This document shows positions 36,948-49,492 of a stretch of 64,000 bases of DNA, piece after piece. The DNA is from Prorocentrum cordatum. Taxonomy: Eukaryota. A model generated the notes under the pieces. The model was not told where the DNA came from and did not search any database. It was given only the letters and a program-made list of their open reading frames with translations. The position numbers were made by a program, and so were the translations under genes. Location: assembly GCA_963575745.1 (NCBI GenBank), contig CAUYUJ010000001.1, positions 3,410,001-3,474,000 of the forward strand. The letters run 5' to 3'. Every line of letters begins with the position of its first letter. The stretch's first letter is position 1.

Positions 36948-38700
36948 GGGAACCTGACCGGGCAAGAACGGAAAGTTCCGCTTTGTCCACACGGCTTGTC
37001 AGATAACGTCTGGTTGAGCACGCCAAGACTTGTTGGTTGCCTGTGGTTGCTGTGGTTACTCTGGTGCGAGCGTGCGTGTATGTACGCGTGCCTGTGTATG
37101 TGCCTGTGTGAGGGGCTGTGTGCGTGTGTGCGCGCGTGCAGGGTTGTATTATGGGAGCGACGAGAGGGGGGGAATGTACGGCGTGCGTGCGGGATGTGTT
37201 ATGGGGGCGACGGGCCGGGGGGACGTGCGGCGTGCGTGCGGGATGTGTTATGGGGGCGACGGGCGGGGGGGATGTGCGGCGCGCGCGGGATGTGCAATAG
37301 GGGCGACGGGCGGGCGGTATGTACGGCGTGCGTGCGGGATGTGTTATGTGGGCGACGGGCGGGGGGGATGTACAGCGTGCGTGCGTGATGAAGGAGGAAG
37401 AGAATAAGGAGAAGGAGGAGAAGGAGGAGGAGGAGGAGGAGGAGAGACGGGGGAGACCTCAGAGACGGAGGAGAGACGGAGGAGACCTCAGAGACGGAGG
37501 AGACCTCAGACACGGAGAAGGAGAGGAGGAGGAGGAGGAGGCGGAGGAGGAGGAGGAGGACGAGGGGGAAGAGGAGAAGGAGGATGACGGAGGAGACGGA
37601 GGAGAGACGGAGGAGACCTCAGACAGGGAGGAGACGGAGACCTCAGAGACGGAGGAGACCCCAGAGACGGAGGAGACCTCAGAGACGGAAGAGACCTCAG
37701 AGACGGAACAGACCTCAGAGACCTCAGAGACGGAGAAGAGAGGAGGAGGAGGACGAGAAGGAGGAGGACGAGGGGGAAGAGGAGAAAGAGGAGGAGGAGG
37801 ACGGAGGAGACGGAGGAGAGACAGAGGAGACCTCAGAGACGGAGACCTCAGAGACGGAGAAGACCTCAGAGACGGAGGAGACAGGACTTCGAGCTAAGAT
37901 GCTGCGAGTGCCGTTTTCCGAGGATGTCCTTAGCGATAGCCTCATTTTTAACGAAAGACGTCTTAACCACGCGGCTTCAACATTTCAGTTGTTCGAGGAT
38001 GTCTCAGGCGAAACGGGAATTTTCAACGACTCGCTGAATTTCGTGAGCGAGCTCCGAAACTCATTGTTCGAGGATGTCTCGAGCGAGAGCCTCACTTTTG
38101 ACGAAAAGCGTCTCAAACATACGATTTCAACATCTCGTTTTTTCGAGGATGTCTCGAGCGAAACTGCCATTTGAAGGGAACCTGGCCGGACAAGAACGGG
38201 AAGCGCCGCTTTGTCCACAAGGCTTGTCAGATAACGTTTGGTTGAGCACGCCAAGAGCTCACTGGTTGCCTGTGGTTGTTGTGGATACTCTGGTGCGAGC
38301 GTGCGTGTATGTACGCGTGCCTGGGTAGTGTATGTGCCTGTGTGAGGGGCTGTGTGCGTGTGTGCGCGCGTGTGTGCAGGGTTGTGTTATGGGAGCGACG
38401 GGAGGGGAATGTACGGCGTGCGTGCGGGATGTGTTATGGGGGCGACGGCCGGGGGGGATGTACGGCGTGCGTGCGGGATCTGTTATGGGGGCGACGGGCG
38501 GGGGGGATGTGCGGCGTGCGTGCGGGATGCGTTATGGGGGCGACTGGCGGGCGGGATTTAGTGCGTGCGTGCGGGATGTGTTATGGTGGCGACGGGCGGG
38601 GGGGATGTACGGCGCGCGTGCGGGATCTGTTATGGGAACGACGGGCGGGGGGAATGTGCCGCGTGCGTGCGGGATGCGTCATGGGGGCGACGGGCCGCCC
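36948..38700 (+). repeat. Direct duplication (36948-37390 and 38176-38700), each carrying a 49-bp minisatellite, around a GGAGACCTCAGAGAC array
   Basis: Both blocks start gggaacctg.ccgg.caagaacgg...ggcttgtcagataacgt.tggttgagcacgccaaga; the 49-bp unit is gatgtgttatgggggcgacgggcgggggggatgtacggcgtgcgtgcgg. Confidence 0.88.
37915..38172 (+). repeat. 75-bp periodic array of the CGAGGATGTCTCGAGCGA motif
   Basis: Motif starts at 37919, 37994, 38069 and 38144. Confidence 0.85.
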
Positions 38701-41700
38701 TGGAGAAGACGAGGAATGGCGAGGGATTGGGGGGTTCAACCTCTGACGCCCGCCCCGATCGCTCCCCTCTGATTGCCCCTGGCGGCCAGGGGAGCGACTC
38801 GGGTCGCCATGGAGGAAGGAAGAGGGATTGGAATGTTCAACCTCTGACGCCTGCCCCGGTTATTCTCCCTTGACCGCATTTCGCGGCCTGGAGGGCGACT
38901 AGGGTCACCGCGGTGCATGTTCGGGCCCGTCGGGAGTCTGGGCGCCACGGTGAACGCCCGCCGCGGCGAAGCAAAGCCGACTGAGCTGCCTCTAGGGGCC
39001 TCTTGGGAGCTGTCTGGGTGCCTCTTGGGGCCTCTTTTCGGCCTCTGGGGCGCCTCTCGGGGAACGCCCGGCGGTCTGGGGCGCCTGCGCAACCCCGCGG
39101 CAGGTCCCCAGCCCGCGCTGCCCCGTGGCGCGCGGCACATCACGCGAGGGCCGCGCCCTGCGCGGCGCGTGCCCGCAGAAGGTTGGCGCCCCTCACCGGG
39201 CATTCGTTTGCTTGCCGTCTGGCCCTCGGCCAATGCCGCCACCGCGCCTGGATTGTGGGTCAGAGGCTTCCGGGGTGCCTGCCGCGGGTCTCTTGGCGCG
39301 CCTATCGTGCGCCTCGTGGGGCCGCCCGCGGCGCCTCTTGGGGCCTCTTGGCGGCTGTGTGGGGGCCCCGCTCGGGGGCTCTCGAGATCCTCCTCACGTT
39401 CTGCGGGGAGCCTCGCCGTCCTCGCCGTCGCCGCGGCCCCCGTCGTCGCTGTCGTCGTCGGGTGGCTTTGGAAAGCGCCGGGGCCGCGGCAAAACCTACA
39501 AAAAAACAATTCGTCCTCGGGCGTCCCCGGGGTCTCTTGGGCAGTCTTGCAGCCGCGCTGCGCCGTCTGGAAAGCGCATGGGGCGTATTCGAACCCTTCG
39601 GGCCTCCTGGGGACCGCGTTGGATTTATTCGGGTTACCTCTCTGATCCTCTTGGGGGCGTCGCGCCCCCTCGGTTTTCTAAGCGGTTTCTCGGGCCGTCT
39701 TGGGCTCTCGCCTGGGCCACTTGGGAAGATGAAGGGGCGTTTTCAAGATGCGTGCCCATGCTCCATGGAATCTCCTCTGTTGTGGGTCGGAGGCTTGTTG
39801 GGCGCCTGTTGGGGTCTGATTTCATGGTCCCGGGGCGCCTCCTGCTGGAATACTTCTGGCGCCTCTCGGGGCATCTTGGGGGCTGGTTGGTTGCCTCTTG
39901 GGGCCTCTTCTGGGTCTCGTGGGGGCCTGCTGGCGGCGTGGGGCTTCCACTTGGGGCGAAGAACTGGACATGCGACTTGGGCCCCCCTTCTGGGCCCCTG
40001 TCGGGGCCATCTGAACCCGTCTTGGGCGCCTCCTGGACCGTGGCCCATTTTGGGGGTGACCTTGGGGGCCTCGTGGGCCGTCTTGGGCGCCGGCGAGACT
40101 TGCGGGGCCGATTTGGGGCCCGGGCCCGGGCCCCCCCCGGAACCAGAGCGCCCTGCGTTTCCTAGGGGCGAGGCGATCCCAACGCAGAGCAGTGGCCCCA
40201 GAAGACATCACCGCGGAAGCGACGGTCGTTACCTGCAAGACCGGCAGCGAACGGAAACAAGTGCCCCGCTCTTTCGCTCTCGCGCTTCCCTCGTCGCCGC
40301 AACTTTCATGGGACTCAATTCCTGGCCATCGCTCGGACGTCCATTCCCTGTGCTTTTTCCGGTTTCGCGCGTGGCTTTCTCGCCAGATGATCAAGGAAGC
40401 TCCTCGACGGTCCTCGCCGAAGGAAAAATGCACACGTCCGAGCGATGCCAAGATCCTGGGCGCGCCGATGCGGCTGCGACCTCGAACGCGGGGCTCAGAA
40501 AAACTCCGGGAGCCAGCAAGTGATTCCGACAGGCGCCGAAATCCCAGGGGCGCCTGCCCGCGAGGCGATGGGGGCATGCCCGCGAGCGCGCGGAAGGCGG
40601 GCCCGCGGAGCCCCGCGCCGCGCGAGGCAGCCCACCGCGCCAAGAGCGCCACAACAACGCCTCGACACACCGCGGGCGACGGGTCCACCGAGCAGGCGCG
40701 CCCGCGTCGCGAGAGCAAGCCGCGCGCGCAGACGCGCGGGGGCACAAAATGCGGACGCCGCACCTCCGCGAGGCGTCGTCGCGTCGCGCGAAGGCGCCGG
40801 CGCCCGACCGAACGCGACCCCGCGAGCGGTACACCGGCGCGGGCGAAGGTCCACCGAGGAGGTGGGGCCGCGTCGCGCGGAGCGCGCGCGACGCGCCCGG
40901 ACTTTCACCGAGACAGGCAGGGGCCACGTCTCCGCGGAGCGAGGAACTCGCGTCGCGCAGCGGAGCGGCGCCAGCTCCAAAACGACTCTGATCGCGTCCA
41001 CTCTCCTGGGCCTTGTATCTCGATGGGCTGGCGAGGAAACTGTTTTGGTCGCGGCCGCGAGACAAAGGTCAGGCGGCAAGAAGCAAAGTCCGGGGCACGA
41101 ACAAGGCTAAGCTGGCGAGGAAACGCGAGGCGTCAAACATGGCGCCGCTGTCGGCGAAGTGTGGAGCCTCTCGGGAACCTCTGGGGGGCCCTCTTGGGTC
41201 CTTTGTGGAAGCGTCTTGGAAGGCGCTCGGCAGCCTGTGCCGAGCCTCTCGGGGCCCTCTTGGGGGGCCAGGCCTGCGGCTTCTTTTCTCTGCGTCGCGG
41301 CCTCCCGCTGCCAGCAGCAACGAGGGGGCTGCCGCGTGCTGCTTCGCTGGTAGTGGCTGCCGCTGCGGCTGGCCTGCTGCCCGCGGCGGCCGCTGCGGGT
41401 GTGTGGGCCTGAAGCCATGCCCAGGCTCGGCGGCCACCGCCGAGCGAGGCCGCCCGCGCGGGCCGCTCCCCGACGGAACTGACGGCAGCCCATCCACTCC
41501 TAGAATCGCGAGCTGCACAAACACGTCCGACGCATCTCCAGGGTGCGCTGGAGACAGAGCTTCGAGGCGGAAGCTGCCGTGGCAACAGAATCGCCGGGGG
41601 CACCGAGGGAAGATGACGATGAAGATGAGGGGCGTGGGGAGACAGATGACGACGCGGATTGCGCGCCCATGCGTTCACCTCGCTCGCCCTCCGAGGCTCG

Positions 41701-42675
41701 TTCCCGCGGCGCCCAAAACGCTCGCGCGATCTCCCCGCTCGCCGTGCCAACCATGCGCCGACGTAGTGCGACAGACTCCCAGGGAGGGCCAATGCAAAAC
41801 CTCCCCGAGGTCGCTCCTGTAGGCCGCCGCTCTGTCGGCGATCCTTCGCAAACCCCCCGACGGCCACCAAAGCAGTCCGAAAGGGCTCCGGGTCAGCGAC
41901 AGATCGCACCAAGACGCCAACATGGCCGCAAGACGCCCCACGAAGGCCCGAAGACATCAGAAGAGAGCCTCCAGAGGCTTCCCAAAACAGCCCCACGAAG
42001 CAGAATGCGTCCCCATCCTTCGGGAAAACGTACCGTGAGCGCGTGCGACCCTTGGGCCCTCAGAGTGGCCACGACGAGCCTACACGAGCCCCCAAGATCG
42101 CCTCAACATCGCCTCGGAGACCCCGAAGAGGGCCACAAGACGTGCCAAGAAGGCCCCAAAACGGCCCAAGACGCGCCGAGGACGGCCCAATGACGGCCCC
42201 AAGGGGGCCCTATTGCCAGAACTCGACATTACATGTCCAGCTTTCTGCCCCGACGGGACCTCCCAGGCCGCCACCATGCATCCACGAAGCCCCCAGTAGG
42301 CCCAACTGAGGCCCCCAAAGGGCCCCCAAGCGGCGCCCAAGAACCCCCGCAAAGTCTTCACAACTGCCTCCACGAGACCACGGTACGGACCAGATGCGTC
42401 AAGCTCCCAGGGAGCGGCCGGTGATGCGCCGCCGGCGTTCTCGATGTGTGTGTGTATATATATATAAGTCGATGAGGAGATACTTTCCCAGAGCCCCTCC
42501 TACGCGCGACCCGGAATACAGGACGGTAGCCCCAGGGAGGATCGGGGAACGTAGAAACAAGAAACGAATCATAGAAGTAAACATAGATCGAGTCCTTAGC
42601 GAAACCTGTTTTTTGAATCGTGATTCCGAATCACGGCGGTTTCGCCAGAGGCACGATTCAATTATTTGGTTCTCA

Positions 42676-42887
42676 TGTATGTATGCATGTAGGTATGTGT
42701 GTATGTATGTACGTATGTATGCATGCATGCATGCATGTATGTATGTATGCATGTATGCATGCATGTATATATATATATATGCGTGTATGTATGTATACAG
42801 GTATGCATACATGCATGTATGTATGTATGTATGTATGTATGTGTATGTATGTATGTATGTATGTATGTATGTATGCATGTATGTATG

Positions 42888-42918
<31 letters not shown>

Positions 42919-43145
42919 TCATGCATGCATGTATGTATGTATGTATGTATGTGTGTGTGTATGTATGTATGTATGTATGTATGCATGTATGTATGTATGT
43001 ATGTATGTATGTATGTGTGTATGTGTGTATGTGTGTATGTATGTATGTATGTATGCATGTATGTATGTATGTATGTATGCATGCATGCATGCATGTATGT
43101 ATGTATGTATGTATGTATGTATGTATGTATGTGTATGCATATATA
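42676..43145 (+). repeat. (TATG)n microsatellite
   Basis: Directly visible. Confidence 0.97.
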
Positions 43146-43859
43146 TGGTGTCCTATTCTTATGGTATTATTACCCGGATCCCCCCACACCTAAGCCGGAC
43201 CCCCCCCAGGGATGCCCCGGACGCCCTTTCGGACGTTCGGCGGCCCCCAGGGCGCCATTGGAAAAGGTCCGCTGGCCCTTCTGGGCCGCCTTGCCATGCC
43301 TTGCGAGCAGACTCAAGGCGGTCAGAGGGGTCATCGGAAAAGGCGCAAGAGAGACCCAAGACAGCACAAGAGCGCTCCGGGAGGAACTTCAATGGTCTGG
43401 AGACGGCCCAAAAAGGCACCCAACACGCCCCAAGAGACCATTAAGGTGGCCCCGAAAAAAAAACAAAAATCGTCCTATTCTATTTGGGACGTGTATATGT
43501 TTAGCATCTCCGCTTTCTGGGTTTTCGCAGCGTCCAAGACGGCCCGATGGGCTCCCGATATCACCCCACGACGGCCCAAGAGGCCCCCCAGAGGGCTTGA
43601 AGACGGCCCAAGAGGGCCCCAACACTGCCCCACAGAGCTCCGAGACTGCCCACAAAGAACCCAACATCCCCCAAGAAGGCTCCCTAGAGAGACCCACGAA
43701 AACCATGGGAGACCCCTGAGAAGGCCATTGGGGGCCCTCGAAGAGGGCCCTAGATGGCTTCAGAAGGCCTCTGGAGGGCCCCAGCTCCTCAAGACGGCCC
43801 GGGACGGCCCAAAAGAGGCCCCAACACGCCCAGACGGCGTTCTCCTACGAAGTACATCG

Positions 43860-44030
43860 AGCTGGCCCGACGACCTTGGTTCCACGCTTGAGGCTCGAGG
43901 TCTAAATGCCTCGGCCGAAAGAGACAGGCAATGGATCTAGATTCGAAGTTCGATGATCGACGATTTCCTGAGTGCCTGGAGCCCTCCAGACATTCATGGA
44001 TCAACCAAACATCGATTTGTTCGGAGCTAC
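43860..44030 (+). repeat. Dispersed module with an inverted copy at ~54260-54418
   Basis: cccgacgaccttggttccacgcttgaggctcgag...gagacaggcaa...tgagtgc.tggagccctccag matches the reverse complement. Confidence 0.8.
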
Positions 44031-45661
44031 TGCAACTTTTTCGGCGTGTCGTGGGAACGCTCCTTACTTCCTCAAAGGACTTTCGCGTGTGAAAAAACAT
44101 CGTTCCTTCCCTGCTCCTGCGCACAAGCGTGCAATCGCATCGGGCGAACGCGGTGCCAACAGGCACCAAAGATATCCGAAAATGAACCAGTCGCCCCTCC
44201 AGGCCTCGAGATACCCCCTGCTGAAGCAAACGATGATTTACTGCTTGGCCGGGGAACAAGGCGCATGGCGCGAAGCGACATTGCAGTCTTGTTTATACAT
44301 ATATAGAGATATGTGTGTATGTGTGATTGTATGTATGTCTACATATATATAAATAAATAAATGTATTTCTTATTTCCCACAGCCCCCGTGCGTGCGAACT
44401 GGAATACAGGACGGTGGTCCCAAGGAGGCTTTGGGACATCATTTCAGAACATCAAAATGAAAACAACACATAACGAACTACGACCATTGAAAAACAAATT
44501 GAGTCGAACCCCTCGCGAAACGGGTTTTAATTTGCACCGTAAGTCCAACGACACCCTCCTGAGGTTGGTACCAGGGGGGGGCGCCACCATATCTATCTTC
44601 ACATGCATGTGTGTATGTATGTATGTATATATATATATATATATATATACATCTCCGACCCGCTTGTACTTTCTCAGGATCAGCACTGTCGCTCCTATAA
44701 CTACTATCCCACAGCTGGCCTTTCTCATGTTACTTCGTTGTTGCCATCCTTTTCCATCCCCTCTTTCACTTGTTCCCTCCGTCTCCCGCCCCCTTGCTCC
44801 CCTGCACTCCCGTTCCTTCTGTCCATCCCGCTCCCCTCCCATCCCCCCGTCCCCTTCCCCCTCTGGGGGGGCGAAATCAATGCCAATGACACGCCGCTGC
44901 ACCCAGCAGCGTCGCTGCTGAAGAAGGACCTGGCCCCTCCAAGCAACAACGGGGAAGCAGAACGCACCGACGGGCTCCCAACGGCAGCGTGTCACTGATG
45001 CTCTTTCCCCTCCCGACGTCTCCCTTCCCCTCGTCGGCGGTGGACAAACCTCCCTGGAGTAAACCTCCCTTTGGTGAAAACGGCCCCAGGACCGAAATCG
45101 ACGGACCTGGACCCGCAAGAGCGACGGCCGCGACGCCCTCTCGCGAACCGAAGACGGCCAGTTCGCCAGTCGACGCGTCAGGGTAGGAGGTCTGTCCACC
45201 CCCGACCTCGCCCCCTTCCCTCCTCTCCGGCCCCACCTCTCGCTCCCTGCGCGTCCGCGCGGCGAGCCGGGCGCTCCGGGCGCGCGGCGGCCGACGCTCG
45301 CAACCGCCGGGCGGAGGCCGGGGGCGCTCGGCTCACGGCGTCGGCTCCGAAGGCGGGGCGTCGCCGCGCGGTCGTCGCCCTCGCCCGCGGCAAGCAGCGC
45401 GCTGTCGCCTCGAGGGGGGCGGGGGCGAACACTCGCCCGGCCCAAGGCGGGGGGAGGAGGGGAGGTGGATGCGGGCTCTGGGGCGACGAAGCGCTTCAGC
45501 ACGTCCGCCTGCACAGAGACCCTCGCATGGAGCTCACCCCCGGAGCCTTGGGCAACAGTGTCACGGACAATGGGTGCTTCCAATTCCTGTTTCATGGCCC
45601 GCCTTCCAGCAGCGTCGCGCTTAGAACCAGGGTCGATTTCCAAAACATACCAGTCGCAACG

Positions 45662-45697
<36 letters not shown>

Positions 45698-46049
45698 GTA
45701 TATATATACATATATTCGTAGATTCATAATATATATATATATATATGTATATTTATATATGTATGTATATATATATATATATATAAGAGAACCCCACGCG
45801 CTTCGCGCGCGCTTAGGTTCTAGTCGACTCCGAAGACGTTGTCAGTGGGCATTGTGTGCATCCCAGGATGCAGCTGCGCCAATGCTCCCTTTCCCGCTTG
45901 GTTGATGGCCTCCGGGGGGTTCCTAGGGGCCTCTAGGGTCCCTCTCCCGAAGCCGTCTCCTGTGTTGCCTCCTCCCCGTCCTCCTGCGCCGTCCATGGAA
46001 GCTTTCTGACGGGCCCTTTCATGCTTCGTGAAGTGTCAGGGCGACAATC

Positions 46050-46430
46050 ATCAGCAGCAGCAGCATAATCATCACACTTATGGTGGCCATCATGGTGATA
46101 TTCATCGTCATGATCAGTATTACACCATCAACAACATCATCCCCTAACCTTCATAATGATAATGCTAAGAACAATAATCATACGAATGCTAACAATCATT
46201 ATCATCATTTTGAGCTTCAGCATAACCATCATCACCATGATCATCATAACAACGTGGCGAACATCATCAACATCATTTTCATCATCGTCGTCGTCATCAG
46301 CAACCTCATCATTATCATGGCCATCATCATCACCAACACCAAAATCATCATCAGCATCGGCATCATCATCATGCTCAGAATCACGACCATCGTCATCTCC
46401 ATAAGAATTAGCATCATCGTCATCATCATC
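46050..46430 (+). repeat. Degenerate (CAT)n tract
   Basis: Directly visible. Confidence 0.85.
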
Positions 46431-48817
46431 TGGACCACCCGTGCCAGAGTGGCGTTTCCGAACGAGGCCTTTCGGAAACATTGTTTCGGGGGTGGCAGAA
46501 GCCTGATCAATCATGTTCCGGGACAGCCTCCTGGGAACATGAGTGGTTTGGGGTGTCTCGGGGGGTCTTTTCAGGTTTCCCTGGGAACTTCTTGTTACCT
46601 CTTTGGGTTTCCTGAGGTCCTCTTGGGTGCCTCACAGGGCTTCTGGGGATCCTCTGGATGGCCTTCGGGGGCTTCCTGGAGGCCTCTGAAGCCGGAGACC
46701 GCGACACGTCGGTTCGCATGGCACCTGTGCTCCGTCTTGTGGGCGTTTTTGGAGCCCTCTTGGGAGATCTGGGGAGCCTCCTGGGCCGTCTCGGGGCCGT
46801 CTTCGGAGCCTCTTGGGCCGTCTTGGAGCGAAATCAAAGGTCTCCTACGCCGTCCAGGAGCGTCGGGAAGCGGAGAGGTCGAAAACCTAACAATCTGTCA
46901 GAAACAAACTTTAGATGAACGTTTTTTGCGTGGTGGGGCCATATTGGGGCTTCCTGGGGGCCTCTTGGGGACCGCTTGGGGGCATCTTGGGGCCTCTTCG
47001 GGACCTCTGGGGGCCGCCTGGGGCCTTGTTGGGGCGGAAGGCTCGAATGTTCAGTTCGTGATCCCCCTCTTGGGCTTTCTAGGGCCCTCTGGGGCGCCTC
47101 TTGGGCTGTCTTGGGGCTGTCCAGGGCCGTCTTCAAGCCGTTTGGGGGCCTCCCAGGCAATCGTGGGGCGCTCTTGAGGACCTGTTGGGCCTTGTTGGAG
47201 CGTCGGAAAAGTAAGAAGGCGATCAAACCAAAAACATCGAAACACACACACACAACGGAAAATCATCGATTTTGGCCTCTCGGGGCTCTCTTGGGACGCT
47301 TCTTTGAAGCCTCTTGGGGCGGCTTCGGGGCTTCTTGGGCTATCTTGGGGCCATCTTGGGCGTCTTCGGGGCCTCTTAAGGCTTTCTTGACCATCTGTGT
47401 GGCCCGCGTGGCCAGTCGTGGGCAATTTGGAAGCGGCCTGGGGCAGTCCCGGGGGGTTTGTGACCCCCCAAAGGTCCCGGGGGGCACCCATGGGGGAGGG
47501 TGGCATCGGCCCGCTCCCCCCCCCACCGGCCTACTCCGATATACATTTATATTTCTATATATAAAGATATAGTGGAACATGTGTTGAGACCGGTGAAACC
47601 TATTTGATGGGAAATTGTGGGCTCAATGTTTGATATGTACCCTCTGGGTTGACATCTACGGAAAGGTTGTTGGAATCATTGAGCCATTTTCGAGATAACC
47701 AGGCGTGGACCAGGTACACGAAAGCCACCAATGAATTGTACTCGCCAGCGGAGTAAATTCACCTGCAATTCGCACGCCTATATTGCACAACCAAACCGCA
47801 CCCACCATCAACACCAAATAAATTCGCCACCGTGCCGCTGGGCACGTAGTGGTCGTGTCCTCAGGTACTTTGCCTAATCCCCAGAGCCGCAGTCTTTAGT
47901 CCTGAGGAGTTCCTTAGTGGCCCGGACCCCAAATTCGCAGATCTTCTTGGGCTTGCCGCGGTTCCCCAGGGCACCGTCGCGGCTTCCCGCACGAACTTTT
48001 CGGGCCCACGAGAGCGCCGAGATGGGCCAAGAAGGCCCCGAGAGACCCCGAAGAAGGTCCACATAGGGCCTCGAATCGCCGAACGATCGCCCCAGGATGT
48101 CCTCAAGACGGCCCCCCAGAAGCCTCCAACACACCCCAAGAGGCCTCCTAAGAGGGCCCCAAGAGGTAATCATCATTGATTCGCCTGAGGATTTTGAAGG
48201 ATTTTGGCGTTGTCTTTTCGGCTTCCCGACGCTTCAAGACGGCCCACGAGGCCTCCAGGATCCCCCCAAGACGGCACAAGAGGGCCCCATGACGACCCAA
48301 GAGGCGCCCAAGACGGCCCAAGAGGGTGCGAAGACGGCCCAAGAATGGGCCCAGATGAGGAACCCGAGCGGACATTTCGAGCCCTCGGCCCCGAGGGGTC
48401 CCAAAGAGGGTCCCCAGAGGCCCCCAAACTGCTCCCAAGAGCCCCCGCGAGCGCCCCGAAGAGACCCGAAGAAACATCGCTGAGAATTCGGACCCATAGT
48501 CCAGGCACGGGGGTGCCTGGCGTGCCGAACTATAAATAAATAAATATATATATATATATATATATACATACAAGTGGCACGTGTGTGCCCAGGCTCATAC
48601 AACAAATGCAACATCGAAGTCGCACTCGAGCGCAAGTGGGGTTGCCACACCTTGCGATGTGTGTACAAGGACCCCCCAGGAAGCCTCAGGAGGCCCGACT
48701 TGGATACCAGAAGAGGCTCCAGGAGGCCCCAGGATTGTGAGTGTTGTGCGTGTGACACCGTGTGTGTGTGTGTGTGATGTATGCTTTGTGTGGTGCGTGC
48801 TTTTTGTGTGTTGTAGG

Positions 48818-48876
<59 letters not shown>

Positions 48877-48935
48877 GTTTGTCTAGCGTGTGATGTGTTG
48901 GGCGTGATTTGTGTCTCTGTGTGCATGTAGTTCTG

Positions 48936-49180
48936 AAGCCCCAGGAGGCCCCAGGAAGCCCCAGGCGGCCTCAGGAGGCCCCAGGAGACCCCAGGAGGCT
49001 TCAGGAGGCCCCAAGAGGCTCCAGGAGGCCGCATGAGGCCCCAGGAGGCCCCAGGAGGTTTCAAGAGACCCCCAGGAGGCTCCGAGGCGGGGTCTGGGGT
49101 GCCAGAAGGTTCAGAAAGCCGCATGAGGCCCCAGGAGGTTCCAGGAGGCCCCCAGGAGGCTCCGAGGCGGGGTCTGGGGC
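48936..49180 (+). repeat. CCCCAGGAGG 10-bp minisatellite
   Basis: Tandem 10-mers and a duplicated ggctccgaggcggggtctgggg block. Confidence 0.85.
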
Positions 49181-49443
49181 TCGATTTTGGAAGGATTTTT
49201 CAAGCGAAACCGCCATTCCCTGAGAATCGGGGTCACAATTATTGAAAGTACCATGTGTCTTTGAAGGTTTTATGTTAAAATGTTGAAATTCCCATGTGTT
49301 TTTGGACCCTGACGTCACGATCTGCGTGAGGGGTGCCACCGATTTTCAGAATTCGAGGATGTCCCGAGCGAAACGCCCAGAAAATCGCGGACGCGTGCGC
49401 ATTAGTCGCCTCTGAGCTCTACTCCCTCGGAGAGGTGCGTATG

Positions 49444-49479
<36 letters not shown>

Positions 49480-49492
49480 TTCTCTCCCAAAA

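Noticed and set aside
37915..38172. CRISPR-like repeat-spacer array
   Set aside because: Repeats are imperfect, spacers 1 and 3 are homologous, there are no cas genes, and the context is eukaryotic.
39003..42373. Long GC-rich ORFs (up to 506 aa)
   Set aside because: They overlap on both strands, are low complexity, lie largely in CCAAGA/TCTTGG repeats, and show no recognisable domain.
45797..45824. Helitron 3' end (GC hairpin then CTAG-T), also at 4294-4323
   Set aside because: Weak similarity between the two loci continues past CTAG, only one has the following T, and the microsatellite lies on the other side. It fits the hairpin-plus-tail class better.
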